Sequence record: OR538032.1 | Reading direction: 5' to 3' (one strand) | Length of the DNA stretch: 64,000 bases | Part shown: one piece after another, positions 44,797 to 56,299 of the stretch | How the letters are laid out: the number at the start of each line of letters is the position of its first letter | Position numbering within the stretch: position 1 is the stretch's first letter | Translations under genes and position numbers: made by a program | Notes under the pieces: model-generated | Told to the model about the DNA's origin: nothing | Databases searched by the model: none | What the model saw: only the letters and a program-made list of their open reading frames with translations

Positions 44797-47700
44797 TGGC
44801 AAATGTATTACAGGCACCGCCAATTATGGAAGTGTCGATTAACAAATTGACACGAAACTATGCTGAACTTTCGTGGACAACCGTGGGTGAGAATTTCCGT
44901 TATGAAATTCACGTGCGCTCGGCGGTCAGTGCTGAACTGCTTTTAACGCAGCCTTTCGCGCCGTTATACCCAAACCCGTTCACGGCTGAAACACGTCTGT
45001 TTACAAACATTAACGAATCAGTGCGCTACTATCAGTGGCGCATTCGTTCAGTTTATCAAGGATTTAATCCGAGTGAATGGATTCAGTCAGACATCGGTTA
45101 CACGTCTGAAACAAACGATTACGATATTGTCACGCAAGACGAATTCACGCCTGCTAGTTCATTTATAGAAGCGCGTCTTAACAACGATAACGATCAGTAT
45201 CTTAACAGCCGCAACCAGTTGCAAGCAACCTTAGTAAGACCAGGGTTTGAATTTGACCCAAATATGTTCAATGCTGATTCAGCCGCGTATTGGTTCGTTA
45301 CTAACCCAGGATTTAGCGCAAATTACGGGAAAGTGCCGTCAGTTTGTCAGAGCAATAGTCGAGTGATCCCGTCGGTGATCGACGATGTGATATATGCATT
45401 CGAGCGTTGGCAACAAGTTTGTAAAGTATCAAACGACGGTGGGAAAACATGGCAGACATACAAGGCAACCAACTCGCGTCTAGGTAGCCCTGTGTACGAC
45501 TGTATCTGTAAGCAGTCTAACACGTTTAGTTATCTTCTAGGGTACGATTACCTTATTCAGGGCGTTTCGTCTACTGACGTTGATTACTCGCATGATAACG
45601 GACTGGAATACTCACACGCTTCGGTTGATCTTACGTTCGATAAACTAGACTTTGACTTGGGTTTTGGTTTTGATGTTGAGCGTTTCAAAGATCTTGCTAT
45701 TTTACCACCACAAGTGCGTCATAAAGCAGATGCGTTCGGGGTTGATGATGTAATGACCGTTGTAACATACGGAAACACATACGTATGGCACAACAATAGA
45801 ATCCCGCGTATTTTCGACAACGTTCAATCTGACCTATACGGTGAACGTATTTTCGAAACAGTAGGTGAGCTTGACAATGAGCCGGTCTATTTCGAAGCTC
45901 GTATTGTTCAGAACGATATTAGTCGCCCAGATTTCGACGAAAATACTGCCGATGTTTGCGTGAAAAAGATTCAGTACTTTGATGATCCTGAGCAAGGTCT
46001 TGATTATCAAGATGGTCACATGTATGCGCTGGTTATAGGTGAGTGGGAGCATGATAGTAACGGCAAACGAATCGGAACTTCTGATCCAAATGAGATTCGC
46101 GGCGTATATCGTCTGAATCGCACCGCTATCATGAACGGCGACATCGTTGTAGGCTATTCAGGTCTATCTTGGGAGCGCGTATACGGTAATATTGCTGAAG
46201 AGCGTTTGCTGCTAAACGAACGTTCGGTTATTTCTCGCGATAACACTCATCTAATCGTTGGGCATGACTTGACAAAGAACTATGGTGAAGAAGGCAACCC
46301 TGCTTATGATAATCGTCAAGAATCTAGCGGCGCGCCTGGCAACTATCACTCAACTCTCGGTAGCAATTACGGCACAGTCGATGACCCGTACCTAGTTGCA
46401 GACAACGATGAAGTTGACGAAGCAGTTCGCATGTTTACTAAGCCGTTCTTTACGACTTATGTTAAGCCGATGACTCAGATTATCGCAACGAAAGACGGGA
46501 ATACGTGGGATTATAAGCCACAAGATTACTACGGTTCAGCGCACTTTAACTGGATGCAGCGTGCAGAAACGCGAGATTGGAAATCGTGGGCAAACGAAAT
46601 CATGTACTACAAGAAAGAGTCTATCTTCCGCCATGATTTTGCTGATCTTGATGATGTTCGTTGGAAAGAAACGTTTAACGAAGGCGAATACACATTTGAA
46701 GCACCGAACTTATCTATTTTCGGTTTCAATGGGTATGCGGCAGGTGCAATCATTCACTCAAAGAATGATAACAAAGTGATTGGTTACTACAAGTTCCCTT
46801 ATCGCGTTGACATCACCGCACCGATTCGTTGGTCGCCAGAGCGTCGTGTGATAACTGCTAGTCTGTCAAATTACACACCTGTAATCATCGAGCCGCCAGC
46901 AGAAGATCCAACGACTATGCTCGATCCTACGTTGACGCCACTGATTTACAAAATGATGCCAGAAAACTACTTAGATGCAGACGGATTTTACAAGCAATTC
47001 GCGAAGCACTACTTGGATTTCATCAGTAAAGGCGACGGAACAGCGTATAATAACGTGTACAACTTGCTGAACAGCAAAAACCCGTTAGATGACCATTACA
47101 CTGAATACTTGCACAAGCTTGTATATGAGCGAAATCGTATCTTAGAGCCAGAGAAGCGCGACGCAGTTGTTAAGTTCTTCTTAGCACGCAGAGCAGACTT
47201 TTACAGCACGAAGGGTATTTTGGACTCATACAAGTTTCTGTTCAAGTTACTGTACAACGAAGATGTTGAAGTTGAGATTGAATCGCTTAACACATTTGAG
47301 TATGCAATTGTGGTGAATTCAAATGATGTAACAGATGATATTGTCGGTCGACGTATCTACTCAGGTACAGGCAATGCGGATGTTACGTATATCTCTAGAC
47401 ATTACATTGAGGGTAAACGTTACTGGAAATTGACGTTGAACAACTTAATCGGTGAATTGAACATCGGTGATGTTTTGTCAATTGACGGTCTGGATTTTAC
47501 CGCTACCGCGATCACTCGCGTACAAGGTGAACGAATCGACTACGACTCAAACGAGTTCTTAGATCGAAGCAAGTCATACTACGTGATGAAATTGCGTTCT
47601 GAAATGCAATTGAGTCAGTACAAAGATGATGTAATTCGATTTGTGCATCCAATTGGATTTGGGTTTTTGGGTATTACGCTACTAACCGTACTGATCAATC

Positions 47701-48293
47701 ATGGTATCTCAGTAGAGCACCATGAAACAATCGTTGATTCGTATCGTTTGATTAGATACGACAATGGTATCGGTCTAAACTTCACAGAAGAAACGTCATT
47801 ACTTGACATGTATGAAGAGCGTGTTTACAACTCGTTCGGTGAGCTTCAAGTGAAGCCGCATCCGTTAGCTCTTGAAAATCCGTTAGACCATGTGATTCAT
47901 GATCGTATTCTGAACACGCAAGGCGTGACAATCACAGAATACAACGACTACTGGCGTAATGATCGCGTAATCGCCCTTGACGAATCGGTTGCGATTGATG
48001 AGCAACGATATATAGAGACAGATACGGGTGATATTAATGACATTTGGGGTGGGAAACAGCGCGTTCTTAACCCGAATTACAACCCAACTGCGAAAATTCA
48101 ACCAGCAGACGCGAACAACTCAGAGCAATGGGGAATGACGCCGTACGAACGTGCGCCTGCATTCATGTTTGACTGGTCGACAGGGGCAACGAGTATTTCA
48201 GATATGTACGAGGATACTGACTACAGACTGAAAGACAACGTAGGTAACCCATACGACCCAGAAACGCCGACTCAAAAACAAATAGGTGAATAA
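44796..48293 (+). CDS. 7: gp7 baseplate wedge initiator
   Basis: FYSTKG..SYKFLFKLLYNE, FVHPIGFG; synteny. Confidence 0.85.
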   Translation: MANVLQAPPIMEVSINKLTRNYAELSWTTVGENFRYEIHVRSAVSAELLLTQPFAPLYPNPFTAETRLFTNINESVRYYQWRIRSVYQGFNPSEWIQSDIGYTSETNDYDIVTQDEFTPASSFIEARLNNDNDQYLNSRNQLQATLVRPGFEFDPNMFNADSAAYWFVTNPGFSANYGKVPSVCQSNSRVIPSVIDDVIYAFERWQQVCKVSNDGGKTWQTYKATNSRLGSPVYDCICKQSNTFSYLLGYDYLIQGVSSTDVDYSHDNGLEYSHASVDLTFDKLDFDLGFGFDVERFKDLAILPPQVRHKADAFGVDDVMTVVTYGNTYVWHNNRIPRIFDNVQSDLYGERIFETVGELDNEPVYFEARIVQNDISRPDFDENTADVCVKKIQYFDDPEQGLDYQDGHMYALVIGEWEHDSNGKRIGTSDPNEIRGVYRLNRTAIMNGDIVVGYSGLSWERVYGNIAEERLLLNERSVISRDNTHLIVGHDLTKNYGEEGNPAYDNRQESSGAPGNYHSTLGSNYGTVDDPYLVADNDEVDEAVRMFTKPFFTTYVKPMTQIIATKDGNTWDYKPQDYYGSAHFNWMQRAETRDWKSWANEIMYYKKESIFRHDFADLDDVRWKETFNEGEYTFEAPNLSIFGFNGYAAGAIIHSKNDNKVIGYYKFPYRVDITAPIRWSPERRVITASLSNYTPVIIEPPAEDPTTMLDPTLTPLIYKMMPENYLDADGFYKQFAKHYLDFISKGDGTAYNNVYNLLNSKNPLDDHYTEYLHKLVYERNRILEPEKRDAVVKFFLARRADFYSTKGILDSYKFLFKLLYNEDVEVEIESLNTFEYAIVVNSNDVTDDIVGRRIYSGTGNADVTYISRHYIEGKRYWKLTLNNLIGELNIGDVLSIDGLDFTATAITRVQGERIDYDSNEFLDRSKSYYVMKLRSEMQLSQYKDDVIRFVHPIGFGFLGITLLTVLINHGISVEHHETIVDSYRLIRYDNGIGLNFTEETSLLDMYEERVYNSFGELQVKPHPLALENPLDHVIHDRILNTQGVTITEYNDYWRNDRVIALDESVAIDEQRYIETDTGDINDIWGGKQRVLNPNYNPTAKIQPADANNSEQWGMTPYERAPAFMFDWSTGATSISDMYEDTDYRLKDNVGNPYDPETPTQKQIGE

Positions 48294-49317
48294 AGTGGCA
48301 AAAATTTACAGATCAACAATCACAACAGAATATCGAGTTAACAACTTGATGAACTTCTACGAAAACGTAGGTGATGAAGACGACAAGAACACAATTTACC
48401 TTATGTTCGGTCGTAATGAGCCTTGGTCAGATCGCGAAGATGAAATAAACTTCGCGCCACCTTACCCGAACGACAGCCCAGACGGAAAAGCCGACGTTTG
48501 GGCGCGTGCGCTCGGTCTGATCAAGATTCCAAAATCACAGCTTCGCCCTGTTCTTCCTCGTAAGGACTGGGGCGACCCTGATTTGAATAACTCGCTTCGA
48601 TTCACATTCGGTGATATTGTAACAGTTAACACTATGCCGATCAATAGTCACCCAAGTGCATTGAACGGCTACATGGTTTATCGTTGCATAGACATCCCAG
48701 AAACAGACCCGAACAACACAAACATTCGCGGTACGTGTTCGATTGCGACAGTAACGAACAAAAATGACTGTGTAGCAGTCGGCGGTGAATGGAATGCACC
48801 GTCATCACCAGGTAACCAAGAAAACATCCCACACGGCACAGGGAATGCAATCGAAACAGGTGATGGGTACGTATGGGAATATCTTTACACTATTCCACCG
48901 AGTGAAGTTCTTACGAACGTAACTCAAGAATACATCGTTTGCCCGTTCCCTGAAGACATTATCGCTGATCGTGTTGCATGGGGTCTAGATCAGAACATCG
49001 TTTTCAATGAAAACTACGATGAGACGATTTACAGTGTAGGCGCAGTGCAGTTGCGTTTTCGAGCTAAACTAGCAGGTGCAGACTTCATTCACTTGTTTGG
49101 TCCCGGCAATCAGGGCTATCGCCAGATTTCGCTGGTTCAAAACCCGTTGCTAGTTCGAGAAGAAGGCGCAACGTCGGATACGAAAGCGACTGAAACACGT
49201 TATGACCCACACGAGATTCAAGCAGGGACTGGTCAGATAATTTACATGGAAAATCGCCAGCCGATTCGTAAAACACTTGACCAAGTAGAAGAGTTCAACT
49301 TGATCTACAACTTCTAA
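48286..49317 (+). CDS. 8: gp8 baseplate wedge subunit
   Basis: GDGYVWEYLYTIP, ENRQPI.K..DQ.EE. Confidence 0.9.
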   Translation: MNKVAKIYRSTITTEYRVNNLMNFYENVGDEDDKNTIYLMFGRNEPWSDREDEINFAPPYPNDSPDGKADVWARALGLIKIPKSQLRPVLPRKDWGDPDLNNSLRFTFGDIVTVNTMPINSHPSALNGYMVYRCIDIPETDPNNTNIRGTCSIATVTNKNDCVAVGGEWNAPSSPGNQENIPHGTGNAIETGDGYVWEYLYTIPPSEVLTNVTQEYIVCPFPEDIIADRVAWGLDQNIVFNENYDETIYSVGAVQLRFRAKLAGADFIHLFGPGNQGYRQISLVQNPLLVREEGATSDTKATETRYDPHEIQAGTGQIIYMENRQPIRKTLDQVEEFNLIYNF

Positions 49318-49372
49318 TAAATAAAGTAAACAACTCATTAGGCGCGTGTTCGCGCCTTTCTTGGAGATTAAG

Positions 49373-50329
49373 ATGGGACGACAAAGATTAGAAACTGGTA
49401 CTGCGGGTTCGGTTGGTACTGGTGATACAATTCACAACGGTGGTAATAAGCTGCGTGACAACTCTGACGAGTTCTACCACATTAACGCAGACTTTGAACT
49501 AACTGAAGCAGGTGAAAACTATATCCCTGCTTACAATGACACGTCGCCACGCCCTTTTGCAGGTGGCTATTGGCAGAGAATTCCGCCAAGCTCAACTGCG
49601 GGTGGTTCAGGTGGTCCGAACAACACTAACTTGCTAACATCAATCATTACTGGTGGTAAGTATGACATTGACACGTCAGCACTAGGCGGCGGGGCATCAA
49701 TGACATTAAACTTGCCGAAAATCGGTACAACAGCGGGTATGGCAAAGCGCGGTGAGAGAATTGAATTTCAAAACACGACTGCGACTCTAGACACAAACCC
49801 GATTGTTATCGCACCATCAGCAGGTGATGCAATTGTTGGTGCGACTGAACTAAACGGCACACAAATCGTTCGTAACAATTACTGCCACATAATCTGTACA
49901 GTAATTGATGATGGTACTGGTCTAGCAGGCACACCTCAGTGGGGTATTAAAATCATCCCAATTTTAGGTGACTTCGGTGCGCCAGTTAACGACACGATTT
50001 ACACAATCCCAGAGACAGTGACAGTCACAATGCCGCTATTTGATACTTTATCGTATGCAGCGTGTAAGTTGATGGTTTACGCAGAAAACAGCGACCCAGC
50101 TCAGGGTGGTGCGGTTACTCGTCGTATGTCATCAGAATTGTTGCTGCTAAATAATGTAACAGACGTTTATATTGATGAATACTCAGTAATCAATACAGAC
50201 AAAGATTTCGGTAACTTGGTTCTAATTGAACCGCGAGTTGATAACGGAACAATCGTTCTCGATATTACATCAAATGACGATAACGTGTCAATTTCAATCA
50301 AATCTATCGAAACAATCAGACTATCGTAA
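49373..50329 (+). CDS. 9: gp9 long tail fibre connector
   Basis: GTGDTIHNGGNKL N-terminus; GGAG RBS. Confidence 0.8.
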   Translation: MGRQRLETGTAGSVGTGDTIHNGGNKLRDNSDEFYHINADFELTEAGENYIPAYNDTSPRPFAGGYWQRIPPSSTAGGSGGPNNTNLLTSIITGGKYDIDTSALGGGASMTLNLPKIGTTAGMAKRGERIEFQNTTATLDTNPIVIAPSAGDAIVGATELNGTQIVRNNYCHIICTVIDDGTGLAGTPQWGIKIIPILGDFGAPVNDTIYTIPETVTVTMPLFDTLSYAACKLMVYAENSDPAQGGAVTRRMSSELLLLNNVTDVYIDEYSVINTDKDFGNLVLIEPRVDNGTIVLDITSNDDNVSISIKSIETIRLS

Positions 50330-50338
50330 GGGACAATA

Positions 50339-52585
50339 ATGAAACAGACGATCAACGTCGGGCAAATTGTTGATGACGGTACTGGTGATTACCTACGACA
50401 AGGTGGCATTAAGACCCGTGACAATTTCGACGAAATATACAGTCACTTAGGCGACGGTAGCAGACTCTATGCTGCCGGTGCTTGGCGCAATTGGAAATTT
50501 GCTTCTACATATCTAAACGGTGATACATCGTACAACCCTGCTAACGCTGAACTGTATTTCGACGAGAACGGCGATGGTCAGGGTCCTGAACTACATACGA
50601 ATTTCGGCGAGTCATGGACAGTCGATACGTCGCTTGGTGCAGTCGATGTGTATCTCCCAAGTGGTGTTGAAGAAGCAGACTACGGTAAAGCGATTCGCGT
50701 TCGTGATGTTAAGGGTACATGGGACAAACAGCTTGTAACAATATACCCAGATTCGAAAGACTCAATCAAACGTGTTGCAGGTTCAACTCAGAACGAACTA
50801 GGCTCAGGTGCTGAATTCAGCAACGCATATCAAGATCTTGAGCTAGTGTTTACGCCACCCCGCCATTGGGAATATGTTGCTCAGAAATACGTAAACGGGC
50901 TGACATTTGGCGATGTTCCGAGCGTATTACGTCGTGCAATTATTGCACGTCAAGATCAGCGTGATTTCAACATGTCACTTGAATTGAATGGTGGCGTGTA
51001 CAACCAAGCTGCGGTTGAAGTATATCGCCGCGGTAACTTGCTGTACTTCGGAAACGACCTGAATGACTTCAGTGACTACGGCTCAGTTCCGCTTCACACA
51101 GTCGAACCGTGGGTTGCTAATAACCCTGAAACGTATTACGTAGGTGACTTAGTTCGAGGGGACGTGGTTACAGGTCGTGATGACCGAGTATGGCAGTGTA
51201 TTGTTGAACACAACAGCATCGGTACGTGGGAAGAGAACAACTGGGCAGAATTTGCAGATTTTCCTGATTATCAACCACATGCAGGTTCAACTGCATATTC
51301 AGTAGGTGATGTGGTTACTCAAGTTGTAGGCGGTTTTGTTCAAACATTTGAATGCTTGATTTCACACACATCAGCGGCGGGTACAACTGACTTAACTACT
51401 GATAATCGCTGGAAGCAATTGACAAATGACGACTTAGCACCACTTGATGGTCGTACAATCCGTCTTCGATTGCCTGCAAATGAAGCAGACCCGGTCGCAA
51501 TGGTCACTTATTTGAGTGACGTATCGAGCTTCCGTAGCAGTTATGTTCTGAAGTCAATCAAAGTGATTGATGAAAATAACTATGGCGTTCAAGAATCACC
51601 GGGCGCGGTTGTTAAAAAAGATTTCGTACCGGGAATGCAAGTTACACTATCAGATTTTGGTCTTCCTGAATATACTCAGTTCAATACAGAAACTCTTGAA
51701 GTTCTCCTGAACGGTACTCAGTTGACAAAATCAAACACTGCGGGTAATGGTGACAGTCAGAACGGCGGTGATTATGATTATGACTACATTCAAGATGCTG
51801 AAGGGCGCTGGAATACAATCGTGTTTGCAGAAGCATTAGCTGATAGTGATGTAATCACAGTCAGATGGTACGATAACGTAATCGGAACGCTTTTGACGTG
51901 GGATGAAGGCGATGACAACTTGCAAGAGCGTACACGTGAGATTTTCGTTTCTCGTGACGACTGGGCAGACGTTCGTCGATTCAACAAGATCATTTACACT
52001 GATCCACAAAACCCGTCTGCGGCTGTTACTGAAGTTCTACCGGACCCAGAGACATTTGCACCGGGCGGAACGCTAGTTTCGTTATTTGAAAGTATCTTCC
52101 CGATTGGCTCAGTGTATACGAATGCAAACAACCCGAACAACCCCGCCGATTACATGGGATTCGGTACTTGGGTTCGCTATGCGCCAGGTCGTACAATCGT
52201 GGGATGGAACCCAAATGATGATGGGAAATTCCATCGAAACAATAACAACGAAAACATTGTTCAAGCAGGTGGTACAGGCGGTTCGATTGGTGTGACTCTT
52301 ACTAAAGAGAACATCCCTGAGCTAATAAGTACAACAAACCCTGACTACAACAGTGAAGGCGAACGCGACATTGGAAATGTCAACGAGCAATATAGCTTAG
52401 TTGCGCGTTCAGCAACATCGGGTGGTGACATTAACTTGAACGGCTGTCTTGGTGATCCAGAGAACACAGTTCCTCTAGCTTACTACAAAGAAGAGCCAAT
52501 CAAAGTCAACCACGGTCAAATCGCACAAGCAGTTGACGTAACTCAGCCATACATCACTGCATACACTTGGTTAAGGACTGCATAA
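50339..52585 (+). CDS. 10: gp10 baseplate wedge / tail pin
   Basis: DDGTGDYLRQGG.K; FPIGSVY...QPYITAYTWLRTA. Confidence 0.9.
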   Translation: MKQTINVGQIVDDGTGDYLRQGGIKTRDNFDEIYSHLGDGSRLYAAGAWRNWKFASTYLNGDTSYNPANAELYFDENGDGQGPELHTNFGESWTVDTSLGAVDVYLPSGVEEADYGKAIRVRDVKGTWDKQLVTIYPDSKDSIKRVAGSTQNELGSGAEFSNAYQDLELVFTPPRHWEYVAQKYVNGLTFGDVPSVLRRAIIARQDQRDFNMSLELNGGVYNQAAVEVYRRGNLLYFGNDLNDFSDYGSVPLHTVEPWVANNPETYYVGDLVRGDVVTGRDDRVWQCIVEHNSIGTWEENNWAEFADFPDYQPHAGSTAYSVGDVVTQVVGGFVQTFECLISHTSAAGTTDLTTDNRWKQLTNDDLAPLDGRTIRLRLPANEADPVAMVTYLSDVSSFRSSYVLKSIKVIDENNYGVQESPGAVVKKDFVPGMQVTLSDFGLPEYTQFNTETLEVLLNGTQLTKSNTAGNGDSQNGGDYDYDYIQDAEGRWNTIVFAEALADSDVITVRWYDNVIGTLLTWDEGDDNLQERTREIFVSRDDWADVRRFNKIIYTDPQNPSAAVTEVLPDPETFAPGGTLVSLFESIFPIGSVYTNANNPNNPADYMGFGTWVRYAPGRTIVGWNPNDDGKFHRNNNNENIVQAGGTGGSIGVTLTKENIPELISTTNPDYNSEGERDIGNVNEQYSLVARSATSGGDINLNGCLGDPENTVPLAYYKEEPIKVNHGQIAQAVDVTQPYITAYTWLRTA

Positions 52586-53271
52586 TGACAACTAAAGCAA
52601 GACATGCGTCACGAGTGTGGAGCAATGACTCGCGCATGAAGATTTTCGATCAAACAGCAATTGACGACTCGGGTTTATTCCCGGGTGGTCGCTTCAATTT
52701 CCGCGGTGCGGTATTAGGCGATTCAACAATTGACGAAATTCAAGAAGGCGCGTGGGACCCGAACGTTCAAGCTGCGATCATGCAGCTTGCAATGGCAGCA
52801 ATTTTGCCAGTCGGTACTATTATCTCGTCAACAGACGCAACGAACCCGTTTAACACGAACCAGTTCAACGAAACAATTACATTCACTGGGACTTCGGCAG
52901 TTGATAACATCAGCTTATATGGCGTTTCAGTGCAGTTGACTGTAGGCGATTCGGATAATGACATTGCAGAAAAAGTTTTCACGGCTCTGCACGCATCGAA
53001 TCTGTTTGACACTGTTCCGACAGATCACGTCGCACCGTCAAACACGTTTCTATTGAAGCACCGCAGTTCTAGACCGCACAATCCTGCGTACTCAACGACG
53101 TTTGAAGACATTTTAGACCCAGAAGGTAGTCCAACTGGGATTCAAGCTAAAAGCGTCGTCACGGGTTCGTCAGACGGTCAGAAGAGCTTAGGTTACGGGG
53201 AATGGGAATTGTATCACACTGATACAACAACATTCACTGATACTGTATATTACTACAGAAGGATTGCATAA
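52585..53271 (+). CDS. 11: gp11 short tail fibre connector
   Basis: synteny 10-11-12; TAATG coupling. Confidence 0.75.
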   Translation: MTTKARHASRVWSNDSRMKIFDQTAIDDSGLFPGGRFNFRGAVLGDSTIDEIQEGAWDPNVQAAIMQLAMAAILPVGTIISSTDATNPFNTNQFNETITFTGTSAVDNISLYGVSVQLTVGDSDNDIAEKVFTALHASNLFDTVPTDHVAPSNTFLLKHRSSRPHNPAYSTTFEDILDPEGSPTGIQAKSVVTGSSDGQKSLGYGEWELYHTDTTTFTDTVYYYRRIA

Positions 53272-54809
53272 TGTCAGGAACAAACATATTCACGCACGCG
53301 AGTGACGAGGCAAAATATGTTTACCTGCAACCGTTCACTTCTCCCGGTTCAGCTTTTGAAGCGGGAGGAGATGTTCAGAGTATTTTGGAGCAAATTGATC
53401 CAAGCGCATTGCTACCACTGCCGCCGTTACCTTATGCAACTCCGACTGAGGACGGTGCAGTTGAGTACTCGACTCAAGCAGAAGCTAATGCACTTGATGA
53501 TTTATTGACTGTTCTTACACCCGAAACATTAGACGGTGTTGATCAGTTTGTATCACCAGCAACCGATACTCAGCTAGGTAACTTACTTGAATTACGTTCA
53601 AGTGATTTGACTCGAACATATGCATCGTCAGATGCTAGTCGTTTGCTTTCATATCGTCGTCTTGAAGAAATGATGACGACTAGAAATGCACTTGCCGATG
53701 ACACAACTAATGAATCTCAGGGGTTTGCTCAGTTTGCAACTCTAGCTGAATCATTAGCATACAACCCATCACGCATAATCTCGCCTATGCGAACGTGGAA
53801 CTTGATTAAAAAAGAAATTCCAAACCCGTGGGCGCAAGCAACCGAGACATCAACCGGTGTCGTTAGAACAGTAGCACCGAGTGATTCATTGAAATCAGAT
53901 GCTTCTATCGCGATTAGTGTCAAAGGGTTGAATCATGTATCAGCAACAACTTCAAAGCGAGGTGCGTTTAAGTTAACACAAAACAACTATGATCGCAATG
54001 CAAGTGATGCAAACGAATATGCAATAACTCCCGGTACAATTGATAATTTATTGGCTACGAGTGATAAGGTCGGATTCTTTCAACTCCCTGCTACGTTCAC
54101 AAACGACTCAACTCAAGCAACTAGTGCGGCATTAGGCTACGAACTTGCAAATAAACTGGGTCCAGATGGTGGTACGATTACAGGTACGCTTCAATGTGAC
54201 AACATTTACAGTAATATTGTTACGAGACAAAAGCAATACAGCTATGGCGGCTCATATTACGTTAATGTAAGAGAAACGCGAGAAGTATTCCCGAACAATC
54301 AACTTGACGCTAAAATCGGCTTAGCAGGTCGACCAGTCGGGAGCATTTTCCATTGTACCGAAAATGTAGACCCGAATGTTGTATTTGGGGGCGTGTGGTA
54401 TAGAATCAGAGCAGGTCAAACAATGATTGGTCAAGGCACGGGCGACGATGGCGTGCGTCGTCGTTACTTCTCGGCAGGGACATATCGCGATGACGACCGA
54501 GTTACATTGTACGAGCGCCATTTGCCTAGTCATAGTCACAAAAGCTGGGGTGAAACATACTCGGGTTCTAAATCTGCATGTGTTAAGTACGGTACATATC
54601 GAAACCCGTATGGCGTGACGTATTACTGTAAAGAATACAGCTACGTTGATTATTGGAGATTTGGTAAATCTGGCTCTCGCAATAATATAGGCATGGGTTC
54701 TACTGACCGAGATAATTACATGTATTACACATCACCGGTAGGTGGCGGTCAAGCTCATGAAAACATGATGCCATTCTATCCCGTTTATATTTGGAGACGA
54801 GTTAAATGA
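53271..54809 (+). CDS. 12: short tail fibre (gp12-like) paralog 1
   Basis: ATxxxxG repeats, RPVGSIF, LPSHSH, HENMMPF. Confidence 0.75.
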   Translation: MSGTNIFTHASDEAKYVYLQPFTSPGSAFEAGGDVQSILEQIDPSALLPLPPLPYATPTEDGAVEYSTQAEANALDDLLTVLTPETLDGVDQFVSPATDTQLGNLLELRSSDLTRTYASSDASRLLSYRRLEEMMTTRNALADDTTNESQGFAQFATLAESLAYNPSRIISPMRTWNLIKKEIPNPWAQATETSTGVVRTVAPSDSLKSDASIAISVKGLNHVSATTSKRGAFKLTQNNYDRNASDANEYAITPGTIDNLLATSDKVGFFQLPATFTNDSTQATSAALGYELANKLGPDGGTITGTLQCDNIYSNIVTRQKQYSYGGSYYVNVRETREVFPNNQLDAKIGLAGRPVGSIFHCTENVDPNVVFGGVWYRIRAGQTMIGQGTGDDGVRRRYFSAGTYRDDDRVTLYERHLPSHSHKSWGETYSGSKSACVKYGTYRNPYGVTYYCKEYSYVDYWRFGKSGSRNNIGMGSTDRDNYMYYTSPVGGGQAHENMMPFYPVYIWRRVK

Positions 54810-56227
54810 GTAAAGGAACTCAAATTTTCAATCACGTGATTGATGATGCGGGTACGGTTACAGTTGAAGTCGCTGGTACTGCCTTTGACGGGCAGACTGG
54901 CGGCAACGATGATCTTCAGACGTGCCTTGAATTGATTCAAGATCACGCTGTTCAGCCGTTACCTGATTATCCAGTCGCGTCAACGACTGTGGCTGGTATT
55001 ACGAAATTAAGTGATGAAGCCGCTGTAGTTGACCCGCTAAACACAGATAGCGCGGTTACGCCAAGTTCGCTTGATTATTGGATGCAAAATCACGCAACTG
55101 CGACTGAATTGCAGTATGGTTTCGTAAAGCTGATAACCGAAAGCACAATCGACACAGTAGCACCGTCAGACCCCGTAGAAGCTGCACAAAAGCACGCATT
55201 CACGTTAAAAACGCTGAACTACGCCCTTAACACTCGATTTTACGCGACTGAATCTGATCCGGGTGCTGTGCGTCTCGCGACGAATGCGCAAGCAACGACA
55301 ACAGGCACACTTTCAACGACTGTAGCAATGACGCCGCAGCGAGTTAAAGAAATGCTTGATGTATGGGCAAACACAACTGCATCAGACGCATCCGAAACTA
55401 CAAAGGGGTTGATTCGACTAGCGAATGGGACTGAAGTCAACAGTACATTAGCGACTGAAGATAACTTGGCAATTTCGCCATATCGCTTTAACTTTAGAAC
55501 AGCAACTACGACTCGTAAGGCAGGGTTTTATCTACCCGACGCTACAGTTGCCAACGCTCGTGCGTCGAACGAACATGCAGTTACAGTGGGCACATTGAAT
55601 CTATTCAGTGCAAATAGTTCTCGTGTGGGTGTTGCTAAAATAGCAAACAATCTGACGACGAATGATCCGTTACAAGCTCTAAGCGCAGCAATGGGTTATA
55701 AGTTGAACAACGAGAAGATTGGCGATGCAGGCGGTACAGTCACGGGTACTCTGAAGATCAACAATGTTCAGTCAGTTGGCGGAACTCAGTTGATGACTAA
55801 TGGTCTAATTGAATCACAAGCAATGCTTAATATGTATCCAGTCGGTTCAGTTTACATGTCGTTAGTATCAACATCACCTGCTACACTTTTCGGTGGTACA
55901 TGGGCTAGATTGGCACAAGGTCGTGTTCTTGTTTCAGAGGGTTCATATGGCGGGAGAACTTTTGCAGTTCGTCAGACTGGCGGTGAGTATGAGGTTCAGC
56001 TAACTGAAGCAACAATACCAGCTCATAAACACGCTGGTTGGGGTGAACATTACGACGGTAACGGTATCGGGTTTGGCGTTGCGAAGCAATACGGGCGTAA
56101 TAACCCAGGTTCTCGTAGAACAGACAGTGACAACTATCTATACTACACGTCACCGGTCGGTGGTAACCAAGCACACAACAACGTACAGCCATACTATACT
56201 GTTTACATGTGGGAAAGAACTGCATAA
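54806..56227 (+). CDS. 12: short tail fibre (gp12-like) paralog 2
   Basis: ASETTKGLIRLA repeats, YPVGSVY, IPAHKH, HNNVQPY. Confidence 0.8.
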   Translation: MSKGTQIFNHVIDDAGTVTVEVAGTAFDGQTGGNDDLQTCLELIQDHAVQPLPDYPVASTTVAGITKLSDEAAVVDPLNTDSAVTPSSLDYWMQNHATATELQYGFVKLITESTIDTVAPSDPVEAAQKHAFTLKTLNYALNTRFYATESDPGAVRLATNAQATTTGTLSTTVAMTPQRVKEMLDVWANTTASDASETTKGLIRLANGTEVNSTLATEDNLAISPYRFNFRTATTTRKAGFYLPDATVANARASNEHAVTVGTLNLFSANSSRVGVAKIANNLTTNDPLQALSAAMGYKLNNEKIGDAGGTVTGTLKINNVQSVGGTQLMTNGLIESQAMLNMYPVGSVYMSLVSTSPATLFGGTWARLAQGRVLVSEGSYGGRTFAVRQTGGEYEVQLTEATIPAHKHAGWGEHYDGNGIGFGVAKQYGRNNPGSRRTDSDNYLYYTSPVGGNQAHNNVQPYYTVYMWERTA

Positions 56228-56299
56228 AGACAAGCATAGTATAACGCATATGTCAATGTGAATAAACGGGTGAGATTGATTTCTCACCCTTTTTTGTAT

